A stretch of 46,641 nt of DNA from an uncultured Flavobacteriales bacterium (GTDB lineage Bacteria; Bacteroidota; Bacteroidia; Flavobacteriales_D; JABDKJ01). Location: positions 16,607 to 63,247 of the forward strand of contig CAYSDH010000009.1 in assembly GCA_964429805.1 (NCBI GenBank). Reading direction: 5' to 3'. Positions 27,984 to 37,366 of the stretch are shown here, in pieces; position 1 is the stretch's first letter, and each line of letters opens with the position of its first letter. Below the pieces are notes generated by a model that saw nothing but the letters and a program-made list of their open reading frames with translations, did no database searches and was not told the DNA's origin. Made by a program: the position numbers and the translations under genes.

Positions 27984-29378
27984 TTACAGTCCACCAACCA
28001 TTTTCAAAGGGTCTACCCACTCATCAAATTCATCGGCTGTGAGGTAACCTAAGTTGAGGGATTCTTCTTTGAGCGTAGTGCCGTTTTGATGAGCCGTCTT
28101 GGCAATCTTGGCCGCTTTCTCATAGCCAATATGCGTATTGAGGGCAGTAACCAGCATGAGTGATTTTTTCAAGTTGGCATCAAGGCTGGCATAGTTAGGC
28201 GTGATGCCTGCTGCACAGTTGTCGTTAAATGAGACACAGGCATCACCAATCAATCTTGCCGACTGGAGTATGTTAGCTGCCATCATGGGTTTAAACACGT
28301 TGAGCTCATAGTGACCCTGCGCACCACCAACGGTGATGGCTACATCATTACCCATCACCTGCGCACAGACCATAGTCAGGGCCTCGCACTGCGTAGGGTT
28401 TACTTTACCGGGCATGATAGATGAACCTGGCTCATTAGCCGGTATGACAATCTCTCCGATACCCGAGCGTGGACCTGAGGCGAGCATGCGAATGTCATTG
28501 GCAATCTTGTTTAACGAAACCGCTAGTCGCTTGAGCGCTGCGTGTGACTCGACCACGGCATCATGCGCGGCCAAGGCTTCAAATTTGTTTTCAGCGGTTA
28601 CGAATGGTAATCCCGTAAACTCTGCAATCTTCTTGGCAACATGCTCGGCATAGCCTTTTGGCGTGTTGATGCCAGTTCCTACAGCGGTACCTCCCAATGC
28701 AACTTCTGACAGGTGAGCCAGTGAGTTGCGCAGCGCGCGTAGGCCATGCTCAAGTTGAGATGCGTAGCCACTAAATTCTTGCCCGAGTGTGAGTGGCGTG
28801 GCGTCCATCAAGTGGGTACGGCCAATCTTCACTACTTCAGAAAACTCTTTTGACTTGGCAACCAGTGTGGCATGAAGTTTTTCTACTCCAGGTATACTGG
28901 TTTCTACAATCATCTTGTAGGCCGCAATGTGCATGCCCGTAGGAAAAGTATCGTTTGAAGACTGACTCTTATTGACATCATCATTGGGATGCACGGGGCT
29001 AGTCCCTTCTCCAAGTGTGCCACCTGCCAAGACGTGGGCACGGTTAGAGACTACCTCATTGACATTCATATTACTCTGCGTACCTGAGCCCGTTTGCCAG
29101 ATTACAAGCGGAAACTGATCATCATGCTGACCCGTCAAAATCTCTTCACAGACGGCAGAGATGAGATCTCTTTTTTCTTCACTCAACACTCCGAGCGCGC
29201 AGTTGGTATGAGCCGCAGCTTTTTTCAAATAAGCAAAACCATAGACTACTTCGAGCGGCATGGTGCCTGCTGCGCCAATTTTAAAGTTGTTGCGAGATCG
29301 CTCAGTCTGTGCACCCCAGTACTTGTCAGCTGGGACTTTGACCTCACCCATGGTGTCTTTTTCTATACGGTATTCCAT
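27984..29378 (-). CDS. fumC: Class II fumarate hydratase
   Basis: [62 protein letters not shown]. Confidence 0.98.
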   Translation of the reverse strand: MEYRIEKDTMGEVKVPADKYWGAQTERSRNNFKIGAAGTMPLEVVYGFAYLKKAAAHTNCALGVLSEEKRDLISAVCEEILTGQHDDQFPLVIWQTGSGTQSNMNVNEVVSNRAHVLAGGTLGEGTSPVHPNDDVNKSQSSNDTFPTGMHIAAYKMIVETSIPGVEKLHATLVAKSKEFSEVVKIGRTHLMDATPLTLGQEFSGYASQLEHGLRALRNSLAHLSEVALGGTAVGTGINTPKGYAEHVAKKIAEFTGLPFVTAENKFEALAAHDAVVESHAALKRLAVSLNKIANDIRMLASGPRSGIGEIVIPANEPGSSIMPGKVNPTQCEALTMVCAQVMGNDVAITVGGAQGHYELNVFKPMMAANILQSARLIGDACVSFNDNCAAGITPNYASLDANLKKSLMLVTALNTHIGYEKAAKIAKTAHQNGTTLKEESLNLGYLTADEFDEWVDPLKMVGGL

Positions 29379-29382
29379 TTTC

Positions 29383-29742
29383 TTACTGTCCTTTTTGTAC
29401 TAGTTCTTCGACTCGGTCTAGTGGTCGGCCAACGACCGCATAATTGTCGCGAATGACGATGGGTCTTTCGATCAGTTTTGGGTATTCGAGCAGAATGTCA
29501 ATCCACTCGTCATCATTAAATTCTTTTCCTTTAAATCGCTCTTTGAAAATCAACTCGCCCTTGCGCAGCAATGCTTGCGGCTTGATGTTTAGTTTTGCCA
29601 ATACCAGCTCAAACGCCTCTCTGCTTGGTGTCTCTTTGAGGTACTCAATCACCTGCGGCTCAATGCCGTTTTCATGCAGCAAAGCAAGCGCCTCTCTGCT
29701 CTTGCGGCAACGCGGATTGTGATAGATTGAAAACTTGGCCAT
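29383..29742 (-). CDS. arsC: ArsC/Spx-family reductase (glutaredoxin-type arsenate reductase-like)
   Basis: [28 protein letters not shown]. Confidence 0.8.
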   Translation of the reverse strand: MAKFSIYHNPRCRKSREALALLHENGIEPQVIEYLKETPSREAFELVLAKLNIKPQALLRKGELIFKERFKGKEFNDDEWIDILLEYPKLIERPIVIRDNYAVVGRPLDRVEELVQKGQ

Positions 29743-29745
29743 GAC

Positions 29746-30852
29746 TTACGAATTGGTGACTGAAGCCCCCTTTCCTTGGGCCATCAAAAATGCTTTGAGG
29801 AAGTCAGTAATGTCGCCATCCATGACCGCATCTACATTAGAAGTCTCATGATTGGTACGGTTGTCTTTCACCAACTTATAGGGCTGCATCACGTAATTAC
29901 GAATCTGTGAGCCCCATTCTATTTTCTTCTTACCCGCTTCTATCTCATCTCTGGCGGCATTTTTCTTTGCCATCTCAATCTCGTAGAGCTGAGACTTGAG
30001 CAAAGCCATGGCTTTGATTTTATTCTCTAGCTGAGACCTTGACTCTTTATTCTCAATGATGATTCCAGAAGGAATGTGACGGAGTCTTACAGCCGTCTCT
30101 ACTTTGTTTACATTCTGCCCACCAGCACCTGATGCACGCATGGTCTCGTAGGTATAGTCAGAAGGCGGCACGTCTATCTCTATAGTCTCATCAACCAGCG
30201 GGTAGACATAGACCGAGACAAAGGAGGTGTGTCTTTTGGCATTGGAGTCAAAAGGCGAAATGCGCACCAGTCTGTGCACGCCATTCTCTCCTTTCAAGTA
30301 GCCATAAGCAAACTCGCCTTCAAACTCTAGGGTGACCGACTTCACACCAGCCACATCACCTTCTTGCATGTCGAGTTCTTTGACTTTGTAACCGTTTTTC
30401 TCTCCCCACATGATGTACATCCGCATGAGCATACGGGCCCAGTCACAGGACTCTGTACCACCAGCACCGGCAGTGATTTGCATGACACCATTGAGTGCAT
30501 CTTCTTCGGCAGAAAGCATGTTTTTAAACTCCATGTCGTCTACAGAAGTCAGGGCCTTGGTGTACTGCGCCATTACTTCTTCTTCAGGAGCTTCGCCTTC
30601 TTTGGCAAACTCATAGAGCACCTGGAGGTCACCCACCTGAGACTCGGTGAGGGCATAGCCTTCTGTCCAGACTTTGAGGTTCCTGATTTTCTTCATCACT
30701 TTTTCCGCCTCTTTGGAGTCATTCCAAAAATTAGGGTCCAGCGTGTGCTTCTCCTCCTCCCTAATTTCCTCGAGCTTGTTGTCAATATCGAGATAGGCGC
30801 GGAGCGCGGTCAGGCGTTCGTTTAGTTCTGCGACTTGTTCGGTCGTGATCAT
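29746..30852 (-). CDS. prfB: Peptide chain release factor 2, continuous ORF with no programmed frameshift
   Basis: GAGGTE, GVHRLVRISPF (SPF stop-recognition motif), GAGGQNVNK, WGSQIRNYV; the N-terminal RAYLD is in frame. Confidence 0.96.
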   Translation of the reverse strand: MITTEQVAELNERLTALRAYLDIDNKLEEIREEEKHTLDPNFWNDSKEAEKVMKKIRNLKVWTEGYALTESQVGDLQVLYEFAKEGEAPEEEVMAQYTKALTSVDDMEFKNMLSAEEDALNGVMQITAGAGGTESCDWARMLMRMYIMWGEKNGYKVKELDMQEGDVAGVKSVTLEFEGEFAYGYLKGENGVHRLVRISPFDSNAKRHTSFVSVYVYPLVDETIEIDVPPSDYTYETMRASGAGGQNVNKVETAVRLRHIPSGIIIENKESRSQLENKIKAMALLKSQLYEIEMAKKNAARDEIEAGKKKIEWGSQIRNYVMQPYKLVKDNRTNHETSNVDAVMDGDITDFLKAFLMAQGKGASVTNS

Positions 30853-30856
30853 GGGC

Positions 30857-30864
30857 CGAAGGTA
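30857..30864 (-). promoter_or_regulatory. -7 promoter element variant (TACCTTCG) 4 nt upstream of the prfB ATG
   Basis: Minus strand reads TACCTTCG-gccc-ATG. Confidence 0.6.
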
Positions 30865-30944
30865 CTAGTTTGTGGACAATAGCTTGCTTAATAAAACAAG
30901 ACTGGATTGTAGTGCGCTTGCGCAAGTGAGAATTAATAAAGTCT

Positions 30945-31406
30945 TTAGCTCGCGGTCAGTTTCAACTCAGCCATACACTCCATGATCAGATTTGACTCAT
31001 ATCCTTTCTGCAAGAGGTATCGCTGAATTTTTGCTCTACGGTCATACTCGTTTTTTCCTTTCACTTTGGGGGCCTTGTGCGTGATTAGCTCTTTGATTTT
31101 GAGTATGTACTCGTCATAGTCCAGACTGGCCAGGGCCTCGTCAATCAGTCGATTAGCAATGCCTTTTTGACGCATGTGTGATCTAATCTTGTGTCTTCCC
31201 CAGTACTTCATTCGAAAGCGACCTTGGGCAAAAGCCTTGGCATATCGCTCTTCGTTAAGCAGGTCATCTTCTATCAGTTCCTTGATATATGGCTCTTTAT
31301 TATGAACATCGAGGGCTTTCATTTTCTGGCGCACTTCTAACTCACAGCGCTCACGATATGCGCAGAAGCGAATCAGTTTATCGTACAATGCCGGGTCCAC
31401 AGCCAT
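30945..31406 (-). CDS. recX: Regulatory protein RecX
   Basis: FCAYRERCELEVRQK, LNEERYAKAF, WGRHKI...QKGI, RYLLQKGYE. Confidence 0.92.
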   Translation of the reverse strand: MAVDPALYDKLIRFCAYRERCELEVRQKMKALDVHNKEPYIKELIEDDLLNEERYAKAFAQGRFRMKYWGRHKIRSHMRQKGIANRLIDEALASLDYDEYILKIKELITHKAPKVKGKNEYDRRAKIQRYLLQKGYESNLIMECMAELKLTAS

Positions 31407-31475
31407 GGGACAATGATACGCATTGGAGGGGAGGCGTGGAATTTAGTACCTTCATGATTGAAACCAAATGAAACC

Positions 31476-33470
31476 ATGCGCTTTTTTATTCTGATTTTGC
31501 TTTGTCTTGTTTCAAGTGCTTCAAAAGCTCAGACGTGCGACACAGCCAACATGCGATTAACAGTAAACTCTGCGTTTGACTACCCTCCTATCCTATCTTA
31601 TTGCGAGCCGAGTGTAGACTGTTCAATAGCCGCCTTTGATAGTGTCTGGGCAAATCAGACAGGAGTAGGGGTAGTCTTTGACTCGGGAACTATTTCGTGC
31701 GCAGATAGCGCTGATTCTTACCTGGTCTTTAAACAGGATGATCCAGAATTCACCAACTTTCCAAACCCTAATTCTGACCCTTTTCATGCTGAACCCGGGC
31801 AGGCTTTTCAACTGTCTTATTCTTGCCCTGGCTATGTGACAGCATGGGCAGATTGGAATCAAAGTGGGTCTTATGAAGTGAGTGAGCTCCTATTTGTAGA
31901 AGGAACAAATACCAACACGTCAATCGTGCGATCACACTTCATTAGCATACCATCAACTGCATGCACAGGCCTCACTCGAGTTAGGCTCCTTAGTCACGCT
32001 GAAGCAAACTTCCAAGAGCCCTGCCCAATAGCTGGATTGGGTCAAGTCGTTGAACTGGAACTCGTAATTGGTGACTCGAGTAATCCTGCTCCCACCTGCT
32101 CGTATGGCGACAACTATCTGTGCGAAGAAGACAGTATACATTTTACTGTAAACGACTATGATTATGTGTCAGGAATGGAGTTGTTTTTCATCTATGGTCA
32201 AGACAGTATTAGCCTCGGCACCGACTCTAGTCTTTGGAATTATTACGGAACACTGTCAGACTTATATGATGGTGCGGGAATGAACACCCCTGTGTCTGCG
32301 CAAGGCGCAGTGAGTGCCTTTCTGCTCGACTCTATAACAGACCAATGCGCTATTACAAATTCTACTCCTCTACTTACCTTAATTAGTCCTTGCGATTTAT
32401 GGTGTCAGATTGAAGTAGATTCTATCAACGTTTATTCAAGTGGGTCTATAGTGGATAGCGGAGACTCTTTGTGCTTACATGATTCTTTTTTCATAAACTT
32501 TTTTGGGCAGCAAAGTGGCTTAGGAGTGTCAGACGAATTCGAACTTTCTTTGATTCATTTAAATGACACAAGCATTGTCTACACGCGGTCAATTGTCATC
32601 AATGACCAGCCGCCAATTCAGTCATTAGGATATCCAGATGTGTTTCACTTTTTAGAATTCATGATCGGGCAGACAGATACGATACCCACAGGGGGAGCAT
32701 ATACTTTATCCATATCGCAATTTAACTCGCATAGCCAGTTAGCATGTCCAGGTTCTTTTTCAATTGACTTAACTATATCAGATTTCGATGATTCTGAGTG
32801 TGGTTCCTGCGAACTAGGGAGCCTCAGTCTTCAATCGATGGATAATGTGCTCTGTGAAGGTGAGTGTGTCGATTATACCATTGAGAATTATAACTACTTG
32901 GCTGGAGGAAACCTCGTTTTGAGTGTTGAGGAAACAGGAGGAACCTTTAGTACTTTATATGACATTCCAAATGGCAGTTTAGAGTATGACTTGGGGAATA
33001 ATGAGTTTAGCATTGAAGAAATTGGAAGCACAGTCAATTACATACACGCTTGCAATCAGGAAAACATTGAGGCTCCGGTGGACAGTTTGTTTCTTTCACT
33101 CTTAGCAGGAGAATATCAATTGACCGCTGCAGTTACTTTTCCTGGAACAGATAGTCTCTGCGGCTTTTCGAGTAATGCTGTTTTTATCACTGTTATTGAC
33201 AGTTCGGACTCACAATGCGGAGGAACTTCCTTACTTGAGTTTGCAGACAAAGACTGGTCCGTAACACCAGTTCCAGCATCTGGTGAAATCAACATTGAAT
33301 TCAAGGAAAGATCAGCAGATTGGGGCATCACTCTTTACGATGTCTTTGGTCGAGAAGTGATGTCTGCCCAACAGAAAAGACTGGACGTTTCTATTTTAAC
33401 TCGTGGGGTCTACATTCTTGAGTTGAGTAGGGGAGCCTTGAAGCACCAACGGAAAATAATTCTCGAATGA
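31476..33470 (+). CDS. T9SS type A cargo with GEVED-like domain and three Cys-bounded repeats
   Basis: ATG 31476 gives a signal peptide; AWADWNQSGSY...TGLTRVRL...GQVVE; CTD VTPVPASG...LDVSILTRGVYIL...KIILE. Confidence 0.8.
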   Translation: MRFFILILLCLVSSASKAQTCDTANMRLTVNSAFDYPPILSYCEPSVDCSIAAFDSVWANQTGVGVVFDSGTISCADSADSYLVFKQDDPEFTNFPNPNSDPFHAEPGQAFQLSYSCPGYVTAWADWNQSGSYEVSELLFVEGTNTNTSIVRSHFISIPSTACTGLTRVRLLSHAEANFQEPCPIAGLGQVVELELVIGDSSNPAPTCSYGDNYLCEEDSIHFTVNDYDYVSGMELFFIYGQDSISLGTDSSLWNYYGTLSDLYDGAGMNTPVSAQGAVSAFLLDSITDQCAITNSTPLLTLISPCDLWCQIEVDSINVYSSGSIVDSGDSLCLHDSFFINFFGQQSGLGVSDEFELSLIHLNDTSIVYTRSIVINDQPPIQSLGYPDVFHFLEFMIGQTDTIPTGGAYTLSISQFNSHSQLACPGSFSIDLTISDFDDSECGSCELGSLSLQSMDNVLCEGECVDYTIENYNYLAGGNLVLSVEETGGTFSTLYDIPNGSLEYDLGNNEFSIEEIGSTVNYIHACNQENIEAPVDSLFLSLLAGEYQLTAAVTFPGTDSLCGFSSNAVFITVIDSSDSQCGGTSLLEFADKDWSVTPVPASGEINIEFKERSADWGITLYDVFGREVMSAQQKRLDVSILTRGVYILELSRGALKHQRKIILE

Positions 33471-35590
33471 AGAATCAATACAGCGCACTTTCACAGGCCT
33501 TTATAGTGAGCCTTTTTTTATTGCTAAGCACCAACATAAGTGCCCAATCATTGGAGCTACACCCTCATAATGGGTCGGCAAAAGCAGGGACTCTTGCCCC
33601 TGCACAGAAGTCAACAAATAATGCCACAGTGGGTGAGATTAGAATGCGCCAAAATGGTGAGGCCATTTTCACAAACGACCCTTTGTTTTATTGCACCATG
33701 ATTCTAGACAACTGCGCTGAATATCACTTGGAATCAATCGCAATACAATTTCCCTTGGCACAGAATGACACCAGCAACTTGGTTTTTAACGACCCCGAGA
33801 TAGGCTGTATACCAGTTTCAAACAATACGGTGATTTACGCTCTTGATAATCCTGCCTATACAGAAGTTCCACAATCCATGTCTTCGCACCTCACTGTGCA
33901 GCCCAGTGACACGTTTAGAGTGCGTTACAGCACATCAACAGCTTCACCGAGCTATGTCAGTGTCTTTGCTGACTGGGACGGAAACGGAATTTTTGAACTT
34001 CAAGATAATCTCTTGAATGCGGAATCTGACACGGTAGATTATACGTTGACCCGTTCGCTAGACATCATTGTGCCAGACACTGTGTGCAATGGTGTGCGTA
34101 GGGTCCGTTTTGTAGTTAGAGATGTGCCAGACAGCTACTTTTCTTGTGACTTAGCACCGGGGGCTGAAGGGCAAACCATAGACATAGATTTTGAAGTGAC
34201 AGGGGGACAAGATTGTCTGCCTCTAATCTGTCCATTTGATGTGGTTGAACTAGAGCCCATCGGCAGCGACCTAGGTCTTGGTGTAGACTTCATCTGGCTA
34301 ATTGATGACACGATAGAAATAAACATGGGCGCCTTTCCAAATAACCCGGAGTTTAATGGAATACTGGATTCGCTCTTTACATTTCCTGGAGTCACCTATC
34401 CAGGAGTGGGAATTCACACACTCTCTGCCATTGCAGTAGATACGCTGACAGACAGCATCTGTGATTACAGCAGCAATGAGCTTCTTTTTGAATTAACCGA
34501 CTCAGTGTGCAATGCAACTTTGATTTGTGACATTAGTTCTTTTGAAATTAAGCCTTATGGCATCCCTCTCTATCCTGACTCAATATTACCAGTTTATTCA
34601 TTTTGTCCATTTGACCACTTCAGCGCAGTTAGCGGATACTCTTCTCCTTCCTCAATTGAGACAGTTTTTGGTATGATGGAGTATACGTTTATAAATCAAT
34701 CTGACAGCTCCGAACAATACCTAGTCGAATTTTCATCTCCTCCCGGCTCATTTCTCTCGTTTGTAGAAGATTTTAAAAGCCTCTTTGGAGTTTCTGACCC
34801 CTTAAATGAACCATATCCAACACCTGGAATTTACAAAGTAACCGGAAACGTGTATTCTGAGTTGCTTGATGTTTATTGTCAGAGCCCAACTGAGTATTTA
34901 ATAGAAATCCTGGCTCCGAGTAACGAAGGCTGCACAGGGTGTCAGTCTGGCGATTTTCTTATCACTTTGTTGAGCGATAGCATCTTTTGTCCAGGTGAAA
35001 GTATCTGCATTGAAATAACAGGATACTCTGCTAATGGTGAAGACTGGTTTTTTGGAGAAAATTATGCTCTCGGCTTGACTTCCATTGAAGATGGGAGTGT
35101 GCATTTCATCGACTTTAACGAGTCCTTTTATTCTGGGTATCATGTCTACACTCACACCTCTTGGTACCAAGGCTGCCTCGACATTTGGGAACTAATCGAA
35201 AACTCAGGCCAAGAAGCCCCTCCGCCTGGTCAGTATCAGATTAGCGGGCAGGTGTATCTCGGAGACTCCTTGTGCGCAGAAACCATGACTTCTCAAGTCA
35301 TTACTTTACTCGACTCCACCTGGACAGCATGTGGCGGAACAGTGGGTATAAACGACTCTCAGCAGCTCATTGATTGGGTCGTGTACCCCAATCCGGCACA
35401 AGATTACGTCAGACTAGATTTTGACGCACAAGGCAATGACTGGACTGTGAGACTCGTGGATCAAATGGGGAAAGTCCTCTTGAGCGAAAAGAATAAAACC
35501 ATTGACCTCTCTGCTGTATCGAGTGGCTTGTATGTCCTTGAGCTCGAGCTCTCTGGACTCCTGTCACGAAAAAAGCTCTTGGTAGAGTAG
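33467..35590 (+). CDS. T9SS type A cargo with GEVED-like domain and three Cys-bounded repeats (paralog of the previous gene)
   Basis: ATGA overlap; signal peptide; VFADWDGNGIFE...GVRRVRF...GQTID; CTD VYPNPAQD...IDLSAVSSGLYVL...KLLVE. Confidence 0.82.
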   Translation: MKNQYSALSQAFIVSLFLLLSTNISAQSLELHPHNGSAKAGTLAPAQKSTNNATVGEIRMRQNGEAIFTNDPLFYCTMILDNCAEYHLESIAIQFPLAQNDTSNLVFNDPEIGCIPVSNNTVIYALDNPAYTEVPQSMSSHLTVQPSDTFRVRYSTSTASPSYVSVFADWDGNGIFELQDNLLNAESDTVDYTLTRSLDIIVPDTVCNGVRRVRFVVRDVPDSYFSCDLAPGAEGQTIDIDFEVTGGQDCLPLICPFDVVELEPIGSDLGLGVDFIWLIDDTIEINMGAFPNNPEFNGILDSLFTFPGVTYPGVGIHTLSAIAVDTLTDSICDYSSNELLFELTDSVCNATLICDISSFEIKPYGIPLYPDSILPVYSFCPFDHFSAVSGYSSPSSIETVFGMMEYTFINQSDSSEQYLVEFSSPPGSFLSFVEDFKSLFGVSDPLNEPYPTPGIYKVTGNVYSELLDVYCQSPTEYLIEILAPSNEGCTGCQSGDFLITLLSDSIFCPGESICIEITGYSANGEDWFFGENYALGLTSIEDGSVHFIDFNESFYSGYHVYTHTSWYQGCLDIWELIENSGQEAPPPGQYQISGQVYLGDSLCAETMTSQVITLLDSTWTACGGTVGINDSQQLIDWVVYPNPAQDYVRLDFDAQGNDWTVRLVDQMGKVLLSEKNKTIDLSAVSSGLYVLELELSGLLSRKKLLVE

Positions 35591-35632
35591 TCTTAAGAAG
35601 GTACTTTGAGGGCCTAATCAAAAATCAAACCT

Positions 35633-36073
35633 ATGCATACTGAACCCGGAGTATTTGAATACATGATGATGCCTTTCAAGAAATTTGCTGATTTCTCAGG
35701 CCGCTCGAGAAGAAAAGAATATTGGTTTTTCAACCTGTTAATCATCGTTGTGTACTTTGGCCTTGCTATTCTCACAGGCGGCCTTGGTGCGATGAGCCAA
35801 TCCGGAGACATGGCCTTTGCAGGTATGATTCCACTAATGATATTCTTATTGGTCATCATCGTGCCTTCGTTGGCCGTAACGGTCAGAAGACTTCATGATA
35901 TTGGAAAAAGTGGCTGGTGGATTTTAATCTCTTTAGTGCCTATTGCCAGTCTCGTACTTTTTGTATTTTCTCTTATGGACAGTGAGCCTGGAGCGAATAA
36001 GTGGGGGCCAAACCCAAAGAATATCGGTGATACTGAAATAGAGACGATAGACCATTTAATCAACGAAGATTGA
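35633..36073 (+). CDS. DUF805 (YhaH-like) membrane protein
   Basis: FADFSGRSRRKEYW, PSLAVTVRRLHDIGKSGWW, GANKWGPNPK. Confidence 0.92.
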   Translation: MHTEPGVFEYMMMPFKKFADFSGRSRRKEYWFFNLLIIVVYFGLAILTGGLGAMSQSGDMAFAGMIPLMIFLLVIIVPSLAVTVRRLHDIGKSGWWILISLVPIASLVLFVFSLMDSEPGANKWGPNPKNIGDTEIETIDHLINED

Positions 36074-36100
36074 TTCTTCTACCTTCTAAAATTTGAACCC

Positions 36101-36550
36101 ATGAGCAGTATTCAGACCACACCCACCACCTGGGAGTTTATGACCATGCCTTTACACAAGTATGTTGATTTCTCAGGTAGATCGAGGAGGTCAGAATACT
36201 GGTGGTTTCAAGTTTTTCAAGTGCTGGTTGGTATTGCGTTTAGTATCGTTGAGGCCTCGTTTGGCGCGATGGGTGCTAACACTGTTGGAAGTATACTCGA
36301 AGGATTTTCAGACATTTTTAGCTTGGCCATGTTTATTCCTTCAATCGCGGTTGGAGTAAGAAGACTGCATGACATAGGCCGAAGTGGCTGGTGGTTACTC
36401 CTGGTATTCACCATTATTGGAATAGTCGTACTCCTAGTCTGGCACTGTACTGACAGCGAACCTGGTTCTAATAAATGGGGTCCCAATCCGAAGAATCCGC
36501 AAGAGATGGAAATTGATACGATTGACCATCTGATTACAGAAGACGACTAA
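36101..36550 (+). CDS. DUF805 (YhaH-like) membrane protein, tandem paralog
   Basis: YVDFSGRSRRSEYW, PSIAVGVRRLHDIGRSGWW, GSNKWGPNPK. Confidence 0.92.
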   Translation: MSSIQTTPTTWEFMTMPLHKYVDFSGRSRRSEYWWFQVFQVLVGIAFSIVEASFGAMGANTVGSILEGFSDIFSLAMFIPSIAVGVRRLHDIGRSGWWLLLVFTIIGIVVLLVWHCTDSEPGSNKWGPNPKNPQEMEIDTIDHLITEDD

Positions 36551-36553
36551 CGC

Positions 36554-37279
36554 TCAGCGAGTCAGTACGATATAATCTTTTATCAGCGTTTTTAAGAAAT
36601 TTAAGTGCCCCTGCTTCTCATCTTTTTTAATAGATAGAATGTCCTGCACGCGGCTAGAAGCCTGAAGCACTGCCTCTCGGTGCGCGTCATTTTTGTATCG
36701 GTTATAGCGATCCACGGTGTTTTTAAGCGTCAGCATGTCTTGCTCACTCAGCTTTCTAATCTGAGGAAACTGCGGCTCATAATCATCAGTAGTGGTGATG
36801 CTAAGGAGTTTTTCTAAAGCCAGATTTCTACGCGGCTCAAGTCTCACTACGGTCGTATTAGAAAGTATACCACCCATGCGCTGAGACTTGTCACTCGAAC
36901 TGACCATGATGGCACCCAGCGCACCTGCTGTGAGGTAGATGTCGACCATTCTAAATGACCACCTTATGATGTAATCGAGCATCTCTGGATTTTTACCAGT
37001 CACGGTCACTACCTTGGTTTTTAAGGCCATTTTACCCAGCGTCTGACCGTTGTTAAATATCTCTAGCACCAAGGTGTACAAGAAAAAAGGCACAAACGTG
37101 ATCAGCATCACTATCCACTCAGAGCGAACACCAATGATGCCGACAAACGAACTAAAAATTCCCAGCCCCATAGTCAACGCGAAGAAGTCCAGTAGCCAAG
37201 CCAAGAACCTGTCTCGCAGATTGGCCAGCTCATATTCTATACGCACATTCTGCGTGGTGATGATGTCGATTTTTTTCAT
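36554..37279 (-). CDS. RDD family membrane protein
   Basis: Likely start ATG 37279 (MKKIDIITTQNV); LANLRDRFLAWLLD, GQTLGKMAL, QRMG...TTVV. The track's 37564 start overlaps the divergent gene. Confidence 0.88.
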   Translation of the reverse strand: MKKIDIITTQNVRIEYELANLRDRFLAWLLDFFALTMGLGIFSSFVGIIGVRSEWIVMLITFVPFFLYTLVLEIFNNGQTLGKMALKTKVVTVTGKNPEMLDYIIRWSFRMVDIYLTAGALGAIMVSSSDKSQRMGGILSNTTVVRLEPRRNLALEKLLSITTTDDYEPQFPQIRKLSEQDMLTLKNTVDRYNRYKNDAHREAVLQASSRVQDILSIKKDEKQGHLNFLKTLIKDYIVLTR

Positions 37280-37366
37280 CGGTGCAGTGAAATAACACAA
37301 AATTGCCATGGCTCCGCATAAGCGAACAGAACTTATATCTTTAGTGGCTCTACGGAGACCTAGAAG

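Noticed and set aside
29383-29742. Arsenic-resistance operon
   Set aside because: No arsR, arsB or acr3; the gene sits between prfB and fumC in a housekeeping run.
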